A stretch of 64,000 nucleotides of DNA from Eledone cirrhosa (Eukaryota): positions 332,754,001 through 332,818,000 of the forward strand of contig OZ024741.1 in assembly GCA_964016885.1 (NCBI GenBank). Reading direction: 5' to 3'. Below, piece by piece: positions 25,349 through 38,472 of the stretch. Positions within the stretch are counted from its first letter, which is position 1. The number at the start of each line of letters is the position of its first letter. The position numbers and the translations under genes are program-made. The notes below the pieces were generated by a model. That model was not told the DNA's origin and made no database searches. It worked only from the letters and a program-made list of their open reading frames with translations.

Positions 25349-25391
25349 GTCACTGAAGAGGTCACAGAATGTGTGACGAAAGAACTTTGAC
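25349..25391 (+). ncRNA. Compact minimal hammerhead motif (right arm)
   Basis: GTCA-CTGAAGA-G-GTCAC..GTGAC-GAAA-GAAC-TT-TGAC. It differs from the left-arm copy only at the variable N7 core position. Confidence 0.6.
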
Positions 25392-25541
25392 AATATATGA
25401 ACAACCGTCCGGTTGTGGAACCAACCAACCAACCGGAAATTTATAAAAAATAAAAAAATTCTTTTAAAAATTTATAATAAATTGGAGTGAAAGCAACTGG
25501 TGCATGTGTTTCTTATTGGCAACATGACCCTCCCAAAGTAT

Positions 25542-25634
<93 letters not shown>

Positions 25635-26223
25635 TATGTATGTAAGGATTAAAATACTGGAGCGTGTTGGAGTTAAACACCCTCTTCGTATTATAGAAAT
25701 GACAGTAAAAGGTATAGCTCAATGCAGTTAAACAGAGCCAAAAAATTAATATATATGTATGTATATAGATGTATTTTTAATATATATGTATGTATTTTTA
25801 ATATATATGTATGTATATAGATGTATTTTTAATATAGATGTATTTTTAATATATATGTATGTATATAGATGTATTTTTGACATGATAAAAAGTGCCCAGG
25901 TGACACTGTAAAGTGTTCATGTTAGTGTCATGACAATATAGCACCCAGTACATACTGTAAGGTGGTCATTTTGGAGCCATGATAAAAATCACAGTCTACG
26001 CTGTAAATGTTGTTGGCATTAGGAAGGGCATCCAATCATAGAAACCAAATGAGAAACATTTCTGTATAAGCAAGACGTTGTCATCTGATCTGATTTTTTT
26101 CACAACGGGACAGCTCATCTAATTGATGTTCGCCTGGAAAATGGACATTAAACAATGATGATAATGATATATAAAAGTAAGCAGTAACAAAGTCTTCAGG
26201 TTATATCATTTCTAAACTTTATT

Positions 26224-26315
26224 CACATATGATAATTGTTTCGATATTGATCAGCTCAAGGTGCAATCACGATAACCAGGGCCCAACTCTACATCAACAG
26301 CTCATCAGATATATG
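26224..26315 (-). ncRNA. Second copy of the long-stem-II hammerhead motif
   Basis: 26217-26363 is an inverted copy of 25148-25292; the core reads CTGATGA-G...C-GAAA-CAATTA-TC. Confidence 0.65.
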
Positions 26316-26374
26316 TAGGTTTATATATACAGAACACATTCAAACTGCCAAACCACCTGTAACTATCATTACAT

Positions 26375-26411
<37 letters not shown>

Positions 26412-26421
26412 CATACATATA

Positions 26422-26675
26422 TGGGTTAGAGCATTGGGCTTGCAATCGAAACTTTATTTCATGTTGCTCCAGTTTACTCAGCTGTAGAAATGAGTCACAA
26501 CATCACTGGTGTCAAGCTGTCTCAACCATAGCCTTTCCCTTGGTCATCATTGGTGGCATGGAGAGGGGAGGCTGGTATGCATGGGTGACTGCTGGTCTTC
26601 CACAAACAACCTTGCCCAGACTTGTGCCTCCGAGGGAAACTTTCTAGGTCATTTGTGACCGAAGGGGGTCTTCGA
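26422..26675 (+). mobile_element. CORE-like tRNA SINE with 3' body
   Basis: Truncated head plus 'actttatttcatgttgctccagtttactcagctgtagaaatgag' and a body shared with 27755-27990 and 50420-50735. Confidence 0.75.
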
Positions 26676-28707
26676 TTATATATATATTATATTATACATA
26701 CACATATATATATATATATATATTATAGTAGGTAAAAATATCCAAAGTTGTTGGAGCATCCAGGCCGTAACAGTTGGAGTTGTGAAGTTTACAACTTTCA
26801 CTTTTACAATTAGCAAGCAGAGTGTAAGAAAAAGGAATCACAATTGACTGCACTTGCTGACTTTTTGTAAAGAACCTGGCTTCTCAGTCAAAAACACACC
26901 AGATACCCATAGAAACAGTCTAAATACATACTCAGTCCATTTTAAATTAATTTTATAATCACCAGAAGATATATAAAAAAAAAAGATTTTTTTTCACTCA
27001 TTATATTCCATTCCATTTGTTGCCTGTCAGATCCATCTTTGTTGTGCAACAAACTATCTTAGAGAATTTTTGGGAAAACAATGACATCAAAACAATATCG
27101 AAGCTCCAAAGTTTAGAAATGTCAAGTGACAGGTGTGTAGAGGAATGTAGCTTTCAGGATTTTGTTGCGAGGAAAAACATCAAAATGTCAAAATGTTCAC
27201 CGAAAGCTGGAAATAAAATATTGTGGATTCTCAAAGAGATTAACTGTAACCCTGTAAATGAAAATAATACAGAAAATGTTGTAGTATCTTCGATGTGCTT
27301 CAATAAGTAACATATTCTCTTTTCTTTGAAATCCCTGGATTGCCTTATACCATAAGAATGAGAATTGGTTCAACGAGAACAACCCTTGAGTAATATTTGC
27401 TTTAGATAGAATGCATACTGCATACCAAGAATTGGATATCTGAGAAAACATGCTACATGAAAAAGAATACTTACCTTGAGCAAAAAAGATCCAAATGTTT
27501 GAAATAAAACATGGTGACCAAAGAAATCTACTGAGGCTCAATGTGCAGCAGATAAGAAAGACACTATCTCTTAACATCCTGTAATGATTTAGCAGAAAAT
27601 GTCTAAAAATGGATTTGTTATTTCAAAGATTTATAATATTTTACTAGTGGATAGATCATTGTAAAAAGTTGCAGTACTATCTCTTAACATACTGTAATCA
27701 TCTAGCAGAAAGTGTCTAAACACGAGTTTGAATCAAATGTAGTATTTTTACACTTAGTGGTTCAAGAGTTAAATTTGCAATCGTAATTTAGTAAGTTCAA
27801 TTCTTGGACTGGGCAATGCTTTATGTCCTTGAGCAAAACACTTTATTTTACATTGCTCCAGTTCACTCAGATGTTGAAATAAGTTGCAACACCACTGGTG
27901 CTAAGATGTATTGGCCGTTCCCTTAGACAACATCGGTGGTGTGGAGAGAGGATACTTGTATGTATGGGCAACTGCTGGTCTTCCTCAAAAACAGGACATT
28001 AAGTGTTAAAACCTTCTATGATAGTTTGAAGAGGTTATGAACCACAAACCTGTGATTCATTTCCCTTTATGATTGTTTAATGGTGATCTCTTGGCAATGA
28101 TTGCTCCAGCTGTATTATTAGGGGTACAGCCTATTCATAAAATTTAATATGTAAGTGGCTGAGCATTCCACAGAACCGTGTGTGCTTAATGCAATTTTCA
28201 AGGCAATTCAGCATGACACTTGGTGTGGAACAAGGCTTGCCATTTGAATTACATGAACGGTTCATCTGATAGTAGTTACCATCTACCCAGTTTCATCCAC
28301 AAGGTATGGGTTGAGCTGAGACTTTGGTAAATTATACCTAAGATGCCATTCAGTGGGATTGAAACAAGACTAAATGATTCCAAAGTGACCTTCCTAACCA
28401 TTTTGCCATGCTGCATTCACTTGCTGGTGGGACAAAACTGGTGACTGAAAAAAAAAATTAATAGGGGAAGAACACATTAATTAGTAATTTTTGTTTTGAA
28501 TTGTTTCCATTTCACATTTGAAAAGAGGGTTATAGCCCTGAAATATCATGTTGAAATATATTGGGTAATGGATTGCTTTGCTTTGTTCTATTAGTCACCC
28601 TTTGTCCTTTATATATATATCTACCACATTGTACCAGCTTTTTGAAACTTATCAGTCATTACATATCTCACAATGCTTTGTATTAACTATCCTAATATCT
28701 ATATCTA

Positions 28708-28812
<105 letters not shown>

Positions 28813-29391
28813 TGAAGTACATAGCGATCGTCCATTTTTGTTTTGAACCCTTTTTGTTTCACATTTGTTTCACACTGAAATATCATGTTAAAATATACTG
28901 AGTGATACATTGCTTTGCTTTGTTCTATTGGCCATACTTTGTCCTTTATATATCTCTACCACATTGTACCAGCTTTATGAAATTTATCTGTCATTTAAAA
29001 TAGAAATTTATAAAGCTGGGGAGGAGACCTTTACTTCTTAACAATTTGTCAATTTTGCTATCCATTGCTGATGGTACAAAACTGGTGACTAGAAAACAGT
29101 ATTTTAATGGAAATTTACACAATGCTGGAAGGAATCGTTTGAGATTTGTTTTCGGTATTGATTTATCAATTAACAAGAATATTCTTTCATCAGTTCCACA
29201 AATGCCAGAAATATTTCACATTGCATAGAAATCTACATTTAATGAAGTCCATGCTGAAACCTGATGATGCTGATGATGATAATGGACTGTCTGGTCAATT
29301 TTGTCACATGTATACATACATACATATATTACATACACACACACATATATATACATACATGTACACACATTATATATATAGATGTACACAC

Positions 29392-29432
<41 letters not shown>

Positions 29433-30379
29433 ACACATATATATATACATACACATATATATATATACATACACACACATATCATCATCATCATTTTACG
29501 TCCGCTTTTCCCTGCTTGCAAAGGTATATACATACACACACACACATATATATATATATATACATACACTCACACACACATATATATATATTATATATAT
29601 ATACATACACACACATATATATACATACACACACACACATATATATATACATACACACACACATATAAATATACTCACACATATATATACACACATATAT
29701 GCATATACATACATATATACACATATACATACACACGCATGTGTATGTGAAGTCCCACTGTTCCATCAGTCATCTAATGCTTTTATCTATTGTAAGATAT
29801 CAAACCAACTTTAGATTTTCAATACAAAGCCTCAACCCGAACAACTCATAGCATGATCAGAGCAAATTGTTAAGAATTTGAGTTTGAATTTCACTCCCTC
29901 TCCCCTCTCCCTTTTATTATTAGTTTATCTAACCTTAACCCTTTCCATACTTAACTGCCTGAAACCCATTCTTGATTCTGTGATACAAAACTCTATAATT
30001 TAAATGGTTTATATTTATCTAAAACTCTCCATCATAATTTCATGTAAGTACCTTTGTTAACTAATGTTCCAAACCCCAACTTAATTGTTTCTAACATTAG
30101 TATAAGGCCAGCAATTTAAGGGGAGGGAAAGAGAAAGTTCATTATATCGACCCCAGTATTTGACAGGTACATTATTTTATCAACTTCAGAAGGATGAAAA
30201 CCAAAGTTGACTTCAGCAGGATTTGAACTCAGAAAGTAAAAAGTTGGAACAGATACTCCAAAGCATTTTGTATGAGGCTCTGATAATTCTGTCAATCTAC
30301 TACCTAAACACCAGCTAAATGACAAGAAAGTTTGCTATATTGATAAATCCTTCCCAATAATGTTTTTATTTTCAAAATC

Positions 30380-31165
30380 ATAGGTAGTGTCTTTCATTAG
30401 AAATATGGTAAGGAGAGGGTTAAAGACATAGGCAGTGTCTTTTATTAGAAATATGGTAAGGAGAGGGTTAAAGACATAGGCAGTGTCTTTTATTAGAAAT
30501 ATGGAAAGGAGAGGGTTAAAGACATAGGCAGTGTCTTTTATTAGAAATATGGTAAGGAGAGGGTTAAAGACATAGGTAGTGTCTTTCATTAGAAATATGG
30601 TAAGGAGAGGGTTAAAGACATAGGTAGTGTCTTTCATTAGAAATATGGTAAGGAGAGGGTTAAAGACATAGGCAGTGTCTTTTATTAGAAATATGGTAAG
30701 GAGAGGGTTAAAGACATAGGCAGTGTCTTTTATTAGAAATATGGTAAGGAGAGGGTTAAAGACATAGGCAGTGTCTTTCATTAGAAATATGGAAAGGAGA
30801 GGGTTAAAGACATAGGCAGTGTCTTTCATTAGAAATATGGTAAGGAGAGGGTTAAAGACATAGGCAGTGTCTTTCATTAGAAATATGGTAAGGAGAGGGT
30901 TAAAGACATAGGCAGTGTCTTTCATTAGAAATATGGTAAGGAGAGGGTTAAAGACATAGGCAGTGTCTTTCATTAGAAATATGGTAAGGAGAGGGTTAAA
31001 GACATAGGCAGTGTCTTTCATTAGAAATATGGTAAGGAGGGTTAAAGACATAGGCAGTGTCTTTCATTAGAAATATGGTAAGGAGAGGGTTAAAGACATA
31101 GGCAGTGTCTTTTATTAGAAATATGGTAGGGAGAGGGTTAAATACATAGGCAGTGTCTTTCATTA
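30380..31165. repeat. 48-bp minisatellite, about 16 copies
   Basis: Unit GTGTCTTTCATTAGAAATATGGTAAGGAGAGGGTTAAAGACATAGGCA with few variant positions and one 2-bp deletion. Confidence 0.97.
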
Positions 31166-31589
31166 TAAAAGTGTTAAAGTTTCAGAATCTATTATATTGT
31201 GACATACCTGTCTCACAAATTTCGGCTCATGTGCCATTTTTTTAAAGCGGCTTATGCTTTAATTGGATGTAGATAAAGTCCATTCCCGTTTAAAGCAGTA
31301 AATTAAAAGAATTGGATAAAAAATGTGTGGGTGTATGTCTGGGCAAATTCAGTAAGTATAGTATCGCATAACCAGTGGCGGACTGGGTCAAAAATATCGG
31401 TTGCCAGGATATGAAGGAGGCCCACCTACATATAGAATGCTATCATTTAATTTTTATAATGAATAAATAACATTTTCCAAAAATACATAAGTGGAAACAA
31501 AACAGTGCCATCAAATTTTTGCCGAAAAATATCTTACCTTCTCCAATAAAAAATATTGTATTTTGTGAAATCCAGAGACTTTCAATAAT

Positions 31590-31697
31590 TGTTTCTACTT
31601 TTGGCACAAGGCCAGCAATTACCCAGTGCATTACTGGTACTTTATTTTATCGACCCCGGAAGGATGAAAGGAAAAGTTAACCTCAGCGGGATTTGAA
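31590..31697 (-). mobile_element. 5'-truncated Nin-like SINE
   Basis: 18-bp TSD CCAGAGACTTTCAATAAT on both sides; body matches 20202-20387. Confidence 0.85.
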
Positions 31698-32021
31698 CCA
31701 GAGACTTTCAATAATGACCAGAAGTCGATGCTAAATATTACTAATTTCTCTAGGAAAGCCACGAACGACACCACATCTTTTTAACTTTCATTTTGAAAGT
31801 AGGTTTATAATTATCAATTTTCATTATACTTTTGAGCTGTCTCGGTGGCCTAGTTGGAGGAATCATAGACGTTGGTGATCCTGGTCTGTGGTAGGTTTCC
31901 CGGTAAACCTTTTCATTTTTGTCTATTGATTGTAAAATAAAAACAGAAAAAGGTTACATGCACCTCTTGACCAGGATTGAACCCAAGGCCAGGATCTCCA
32001 CCCTCTCTACTATTTACCACT

Positions 32022-33201
32022 AATTCTTCCTGTTTTATGTGAAAAAAGTGGCTCCAGAGGTATTAAGATTTGGTTGGTTGTTGAATGTCACGTGAATGAG
32101 TACTCTAAATTTCGCGCCAATTCCTGTTGCAAAAATTCTTGTAGTCAAAACAATTTTGATTGGTCGGTAGAGGTCACGTGAATGTTAAAAATTGATTTTG
32201 CGCCAAATGTAGGTTTGTCGAAGAGTGTCCTTTTTCGCCTGATTGAGAAGTCACTGAAAAATAAGTCTTTTAAGACAAATATGTGTGTGTGTGTGTGTGT
32301 AGCAAATATACACAAATTTGTATACCTTTTGATGTCTATAGATATAAACGTGCCGACACACACACATACATATACGCACACATGCATTGCACACTGATGG
32401 ACACATACATATTTGTACACAAGTATTCCCATACGGCAGGGCCAAATGGATTCCCCTTGCAGTACGTACAATCTGGACACTCACACACACCTTGGTGTTA
32501 TGACAATTCTATACATCATTTCACCCCTTTTATTATTAATGTTTTTGATGTTCTTTTGAGAAAATATTGAATAATGTACACCATTTTTACCAGTATCACA
32601 AAAATACTGGTCCACCCACACGCACACACATACACACATATACACACACACACATACACACGCGTACACTAACATACAAACAAACACACACACACTTCTC
32701 CGCATAAGACAAGAGCTGAAAAATATCTTTCAACATGTTAAAATATCCCCACACACGTACAGACACATTCTTACTGACCGAATTCCTAAAACACGAACCA
32801 CTCTGCTACACACACACACACATATTTGTCTTAATAGACACCTGAACTGTTGACCTTTCAACATGACTGCAATTCACACACACATCCCTACTGACCATTA
32901 TCACAACAATGAACCTCTTTAATACACGCACACACATACACATATTTGTCTTAAAAGACTTATTTTTCAGTGACTTCTCAATCAGGCGAAAAAGGACACT
33001 CTTCGACAAACCTACATTTGGCGCAAAATCAATTTTTAACATTCACGTGACTTCTACCGACCATCAAAATTGTTTTGATTACAAGAATTTTTGCAATACG
33101 AATTGGCGCGAAATTTATAGTACTCATTCACGTGACATTCAACAACCAACCAAATCTTAATACCTCTGGAGCCACTTTTTTCACATAAAACAGGAAGAAT
33201 T
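32022..33201. repeat. Fold-back structure: about 270-bp inverted repeats around a 640-bp spacer
   Basis: 32022-32290 is the reverse complement of about 32930-33201 with scattered mismatches. Confidence 0.9.
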
Positions 33202-33612
33202 TCCAAAACCAACTTTTGCAAAGCATTAGAAATGCGCAACCGGTAAAAACTTAAAACTAAAACTGAATACTAGCCAATACTTATTACTAATTTATACTTA
33301 TTCCTAATTAAACTATTTTTCACTGGGAAAAATTTGTCAGCATTTTCTTTTCCTTTTACTAATATATCACAACTCGTGTGTTACACCTCTATTCTTTTAA
33401 ATATATATATATATATATATTGAAAGGATAACAAGGACGATTGGTTACTCCTTCATTACATTTATTGGTTAGTGACGCCCGTTTCGCCACTGATCAGCTC
33501 AAGGTTCGATCTGTATCGATCTTACCCGACTTTATAATCGGCAGCTCGACGGACCCTTTAAAATGCATCGAGTGCTCACCCGGGTGAACCTGCAGTAACT
33601 CCAAGTTACACT

Positions 33613-33670
<58 letters not shown>

Positions 33671-34039
33671 ATAAAGGGCATCCGGCAATCATGAAATCCT
33701 AGCCAAAAAAATTGGTGTTTAGGAACGATACCGTACAGCCAAAATGTGGTCCAGTATGAACCAGGTACGTTGCAGAAAACTGGCCAGACTAGCCTTATAA
33801 ATTGGATCATCCAGTCCTATACTCTAAATGTGGTTGGTGTTAGGAAGGGCACCAGGCAGTTATAAAAACCCAGCTAAAACTCAGTTCTGTATGAGCAAGG
33901 TCCAACGCAGCTAACTGGCAAGATCCTCTACATAACAGGAACATAAAGTCCCATACTGTAAACGTGGTTGCTGCTAAGATGGACAGCTAGCAGCTGCAAA
34001 ACCCTAGTGAAGACATCGTCCCATATGAGCAAGATACAG

Positions 34040-36274
34040 CACAAAATTGCTTGTAACATATTGGGGCATATTTTTAATTGCACTTGCCCTCGGCGGATTT
34101 GGTTGATGACCATTTTTATCGATGATTTGTCCTTGGTACATTATTCTAGGCAAGAAAAATTCACACTTCTCATCGTTGAGTTTGAACCCATTCTCTCTTA
34201 TCTTTTCAAAAACACACTTGATATGCTTGACATACTGATCATGAGATTCACATTTAATTAATACGTCATCCAAGTATGCAATCAAAAAATCACACTCTGC
34301 CAGCATCATATCCATAACTTGTTGGAATTATGCCAAGTCGGTTAAATTTGTGCAAACCTTTATGCGTATTTATTATCAAAAACTTTGTACATTCGTCTTC
34401 AACTTGTATTTGTAGATAAGCTTAAAAAGGGTCTAATTTCGAGAAAAAATTTCCACCGTTTAGTCTTACAAAAAATTCCTCTGGACTTGGCAATGGGTAA
34501 TTGTGTGGTCTTAAAGATTCGTTTAGTCCTGTCGAAACGTCTGCGCACACACGAATTATTATTATTATTTTTTACATACATTGTTGGAGCCGCCCACTCT
34601 GCATGGTCAATTTTTTCAATCACTCCCATTTTTCTAGTCTATCTAATTCTTTGTTGACTTGATCCAACGCGGCAAACGGTACATTACGTTTGGGTTTAAT
34701 CATATTCTTCCACTTGAAATTTAACTTTCGTTTTAGTACAACGACCTAACTCATCCGATAAAACATCGGGGAACCACCTTTTCAATTCTTCTTTTAAATT
34801 TTCTGACACTTTGTTTGAAATGGCAGACAACCCAATTACATTTTTACAAAATATTTTCGGGTAAATCCCATAAGTCGAACAACTCCATCCAGTCAGTACC
34901 GAAAGGATTTGTTGTATTTCTTAATACATAAGCTTTAGCTTTTATGGTCTTGCCACAAAATGTCACGTTACTTACTATTTCGCCTTTAAAAAATAAATTC
35001 TTCCCCGAAACGCCACGTGCAATCTTCTAGGTTGCTTTCCATGTATCTTCATTGATTATAGTAATGTCGCTACCTGCAATTTAACATTCACGTTGTTAAT
35101 TTTTACATACACAAATTTCCTTTGAGTCTCGTTCATTGTTTTCCCCGCTGATAACGTGTTTACATAATTTTTTCTTGGTTTTGTTTTGCAGTGTGATTTG
35201 TTATGTCCTATTCTCCCACACTCGAAGTTTTTAAAAGGACAATCGTATCTGAAGTGCAATTCTCCACATCCAAAACCGGGAATAATGTTTTTGTTTTTCA
35301 CTTTAGGTCGCACAGACTCTATATGAGAGCACTCTATCTCTCTTCGATTCTTTCCATGTCATGTCTCAGATTTATAATTCTCTGATATTCTTCAGATATT
35401 CCCTGTAATGTTAAGTTCTGATTCTGCTCTAATTTTGACAGAATTCTGGTATGAATTTCCGCATCTTTCTTTGTGGTTAACCCTTGCACGAAAATTAAGC
35501 ATTTAAACATGTCTGGTGTTAGTTCGTTAATTTTAAATCTTTTGCATTCCTTGTTAACGGTCCCAGCATACCTGACAAAATCTTCGTCCTCTTTTTTCGC
35601 GAGATTCATACACTGCCAACGGGTGTTAAATAAAGAACTTTTCTCGCTAAACATTTTTGACAGGATATTTACTGCTTCCTCAAAACAGATCCCACCTGGT
35701 TTCTTCGGTAGTATATAGCTGCAATATTTTTCATATTCGATTGGTGCCTACTTTCTCAATAACAGTTGTGTTTTTTTCTCGTCTTCCCAGCAGCTGCATT
35801 TTTCTTGGAAATTTTCCTCCTGTCTTCTAAAGTAAGCACAGAATGTAATGCCCTCACCTGGGTTATATATGAATTCTCCTATTGAGTTCGCCACAGCGTC
35901 CAGGGTGAGCAAACTATTTTCCGTATTCTTCAGTACTAATTCTATTAACTGTTGTTGTTGCAAACACTTGGGCTAGTAAATCTTCCATATTAAGGATCTT
36001 TATTTTTTACAGGAAAAAAAAAATCCGTCCAACGTAAGCTTCGAATAAAGTGTCACCAGTGTTATCATGGTGTGTTACACCTGTTAGTATATCTGTACAA
36101 ACGAAGGTAAAACCAAAGTATTCATTAGGCATAATTTCGAACTATTAATGGGATCACTACAATGAGACTCTGTATACAGTCTACTGACAGTTCCCTTCAG
36201 CTATTATTTATAGACATTTCACCTAGTCCACTTTTAGTTATGCGGTAGTGTCCAGGTTTTTTTTCCCTACAACA
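34040..36274 (-). mobile_element. Truncated, decayed Ty3/Gypsy LTR retrotransposon (K02A2.6-like)
   Basis: 5' LTR 36274-36060 (TGTTG...AACA, TATAAA inside); PBS TGGTGACA; gag FIYNPGEGITFCAYFRR and FKCLIFVQGL; zinc knuckles CGELHFRYDC and CGRIGHNKSHC; RT HAEWAAPTMYV and IAYLDDVLI. No RNase H, integrase or 3' LTR seen. Confidence 0.9.
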
Positions 36275-36606
36275 CACTGTAAAGTGGTCGTGTAGGTGTC
36301 ACAACAAAAAGCACTCAGTACTCACTGTAAATAAGGTTGGTATTAGGAAGGATATCCAGCTGTAGAACCAAGCCAAAATCAATTCTGTATAAGCAAGGCA
36401 TGGTTACCTGACCTAGCATTGCCCACAACAGGAAAACTCGTCTAATCCATGCTAGCGAGGAAGAATGGATGTAAAATGGTGATGATGATATATTACTAAC
36501 AAGAATAAAGAAGTCATGTCTGAAATTTTTTTAGACAAGCGCCATATCACCTGTAAGGAAAGCCCAAAGAAAGATTCTAAGGAATAAATCTGAGCATTTA
36601 TTATAA

Positions 36607-36981
36607 AATTCAAAAATTATTGACATATACATAAATATATCAAACATTAACAGGAGATAATTTACAAAGGATGTAAGAACATATAATTACCAAAGGTGGC
36701 ATATTTAAATTTAACAAAAATCTAAATACCTGACATTCAATAATTATTTATAACCTCTCATACATATTCTATTATTTCTTAAGAAATAATACATATTCTA
36801 TTATTTCAAGAAATAATAGAATATGTATGAGAGGTTATAAATAATCATTGAATGTCAGGTATTTAGATTTCTGTTAAATTTAAATATGCCACCTTTGGTA
36901 ATTATATGTTCTTACATCCTTTGTAAATTATTTCCTGTTAATGTTTGATATATTTATGTATATGTCAATAGCTTTTGAATT
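36607..36981. repeat. AT-rich palindrome (arms about 175 bp) with a duplicated centre
   Basis: Left arm ends ATTATTTCTT|AAGAAATAAT, then a short re-duplication; the right arm is the reverse complement of the left. Confidence 0.9.
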
Positions 36982-36993
36982 ATATATATATAT

Positions 36994-37413
36994 ATCATCA
37001 TCATCATTTTACGTCCGCTTACGAGGGTGGGACGGGTCCTATTCAGCACACTATCTCTCCACTTGTCACGGTCCTTCGTCATCTCCACCGTGAGCTTCAA
37101 TGATCTGAGGTCTGCTCTCACCACCTCCGCCCATGTTTTTCGTGGTCTTCCTCTACTACATCTTTTTTCAAATGGCATTTCTTGGCACTTCTTCACCCAT
37201 TGGTCATCCTCCATGCGCATCACATGTCCATACCATTGCAGTCTCCTCTACCGCACACAACAATTTGTCCTTCTCAGACACAGTTTCTCTCTCAACACAT
37301 CCATGCTTGGCTGTTCATGCACATTGACATTGCAAATCCAATGGAGCATGCTTGCCTCATTTCTCCCCAGCCGTCGCATATCCTCTGCAGTTGCTTCCCA
37401 TGTCTCACTACCA
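36994..37413 (-). mobile_element. RTE family A 3' fragment
   Basis: GSETWEATAEDMRRL...RGRPRKTWAEVVRADL; (GAT)n tail; 5' end at a TA tract. Confidence 0.9.
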
Positions 37414-37548
37414 TATATATATAGGGAGAGGGAGAGAGGACGATAAAATACTGACCACAACATAAGTGGTTTCAGCTTGTATATATATATAGTTCAAGAA
37501 TAAACAAGACAAGCACAGACATGCAAAACACACACATGTATATATATA

Positions 37549-37646
37549 TTTTACTAAAGAAATTTTAGCCTGATAGTGGGGTTTAGAACCCTCTAAGAAA
37601 TGGAAGCTTCTAAACCTCACTATAGGCTAAAATGTCTTTAGTAAAA
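37549..37646. repeat. Imperfect hairpin, arms about 40 bp
   Basis: TTTTACTAAAGAAATTTTAGCCTGATAGTGGGGTTTAGAA / TTCTAAACCTCACTATAGGCTAAAATGTCTTTAGTAAAA. Confidence 0.8.
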
Positions 37647-37714
37647 AAATACAGCGAAAACTTCTATTTTCTAATTTCAAACTCGCTTGCTGTTTCAAAA
37701 CATACTTACTTACA

Positions 37715-38472
37715 TCTATACATATATATAAAACTGAAGTTGTCTGTGTGTGTATGTCCTAATTTTGGAAAGTCTATACAAATCTACATTTCAATTCTGA
37801 TTGACTTCACACTTGCATTTATATATTCTTTGCGGTCTAAAGATAATAACTGCAGCTTTTATTTTTTAATTTTCTGTTGTTAAAGGCGTTTTTTTCACTA
37901 AAACTTTAAGCCCTTTTTGTCAGTTCAGCAATTTTGTCTAGAATGTTCAAGAGAGACAACTCTTTAGTATTTTGAAAGAGTTACCTCTCTTTATAGACTA
38001 TATTATCCCTACCTAAATGTACACCCCTTGAAATTGTTGATGGTGACCTCAATAGTAACTCCGAAGCGTTCGGCATCCGATATAACAGTTCGGTCTATAT
38101 CAGATTGGGTAGATTTTTTTAACCTTAAAAGTATGCAACTAAATTCCTTCATGCTCTCCACCACTGCAGTCCCCATGCTTACTGCTCTGTAACTTTCATT
38201 GTACCATAGCACAACAAATATATGTTCGGTTTGTCGAATGCCTTTTTACTTAACCCTATCGTCTTGGCTTTCGTGGGTTGAACATTTTACTCTCAGGCAC
38301 CCAATTCAGTTAAACCCCTGGTAATCTACGACGAATTTTTTTTATAAGCACAAAATGTAGACACCATCCCCAGGCCGAGGTATTCCATACTTCTCTGTAC
38401 TGTTTCAGAAAGGATGGATAAACATGCCAATCTATGTTTAGAAGCCCGAGCAACACCGGGCCATTCTGCTAG
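37715..38472 (+). mobile_element. Non-autonomous Helitron
   Basis: A|TCTATACATATATATAAAA 5' end; CCCGAGCAACACCGGG subterminal hairpin; CTAG|T 3' end; no TSD. Confidence 0.75.

Larger units (their letters stand above)
24890..25549. repeat. Inverted repeat (arms about 250 bp: 24890-25138 and 25290-25549) enclosing a hammerhead
   Basis: Arm-to-arm reverse-complement match; (TA)n tracts outside both arms. Confidence 0.92.

Noticed and set aside
27017-27600. Coding-like stretch with ORFs on both strands
   Set aside because: Multiple stops and no recognisable family; at most an old transposon remnant.
30335-31051. 238-aa ORF of 16-aa repeats, or a CRISPR-like array
   Set aside because: A consequence of a 48-bp unit being a multiple of three; there are no unique spacers and no cas genes.
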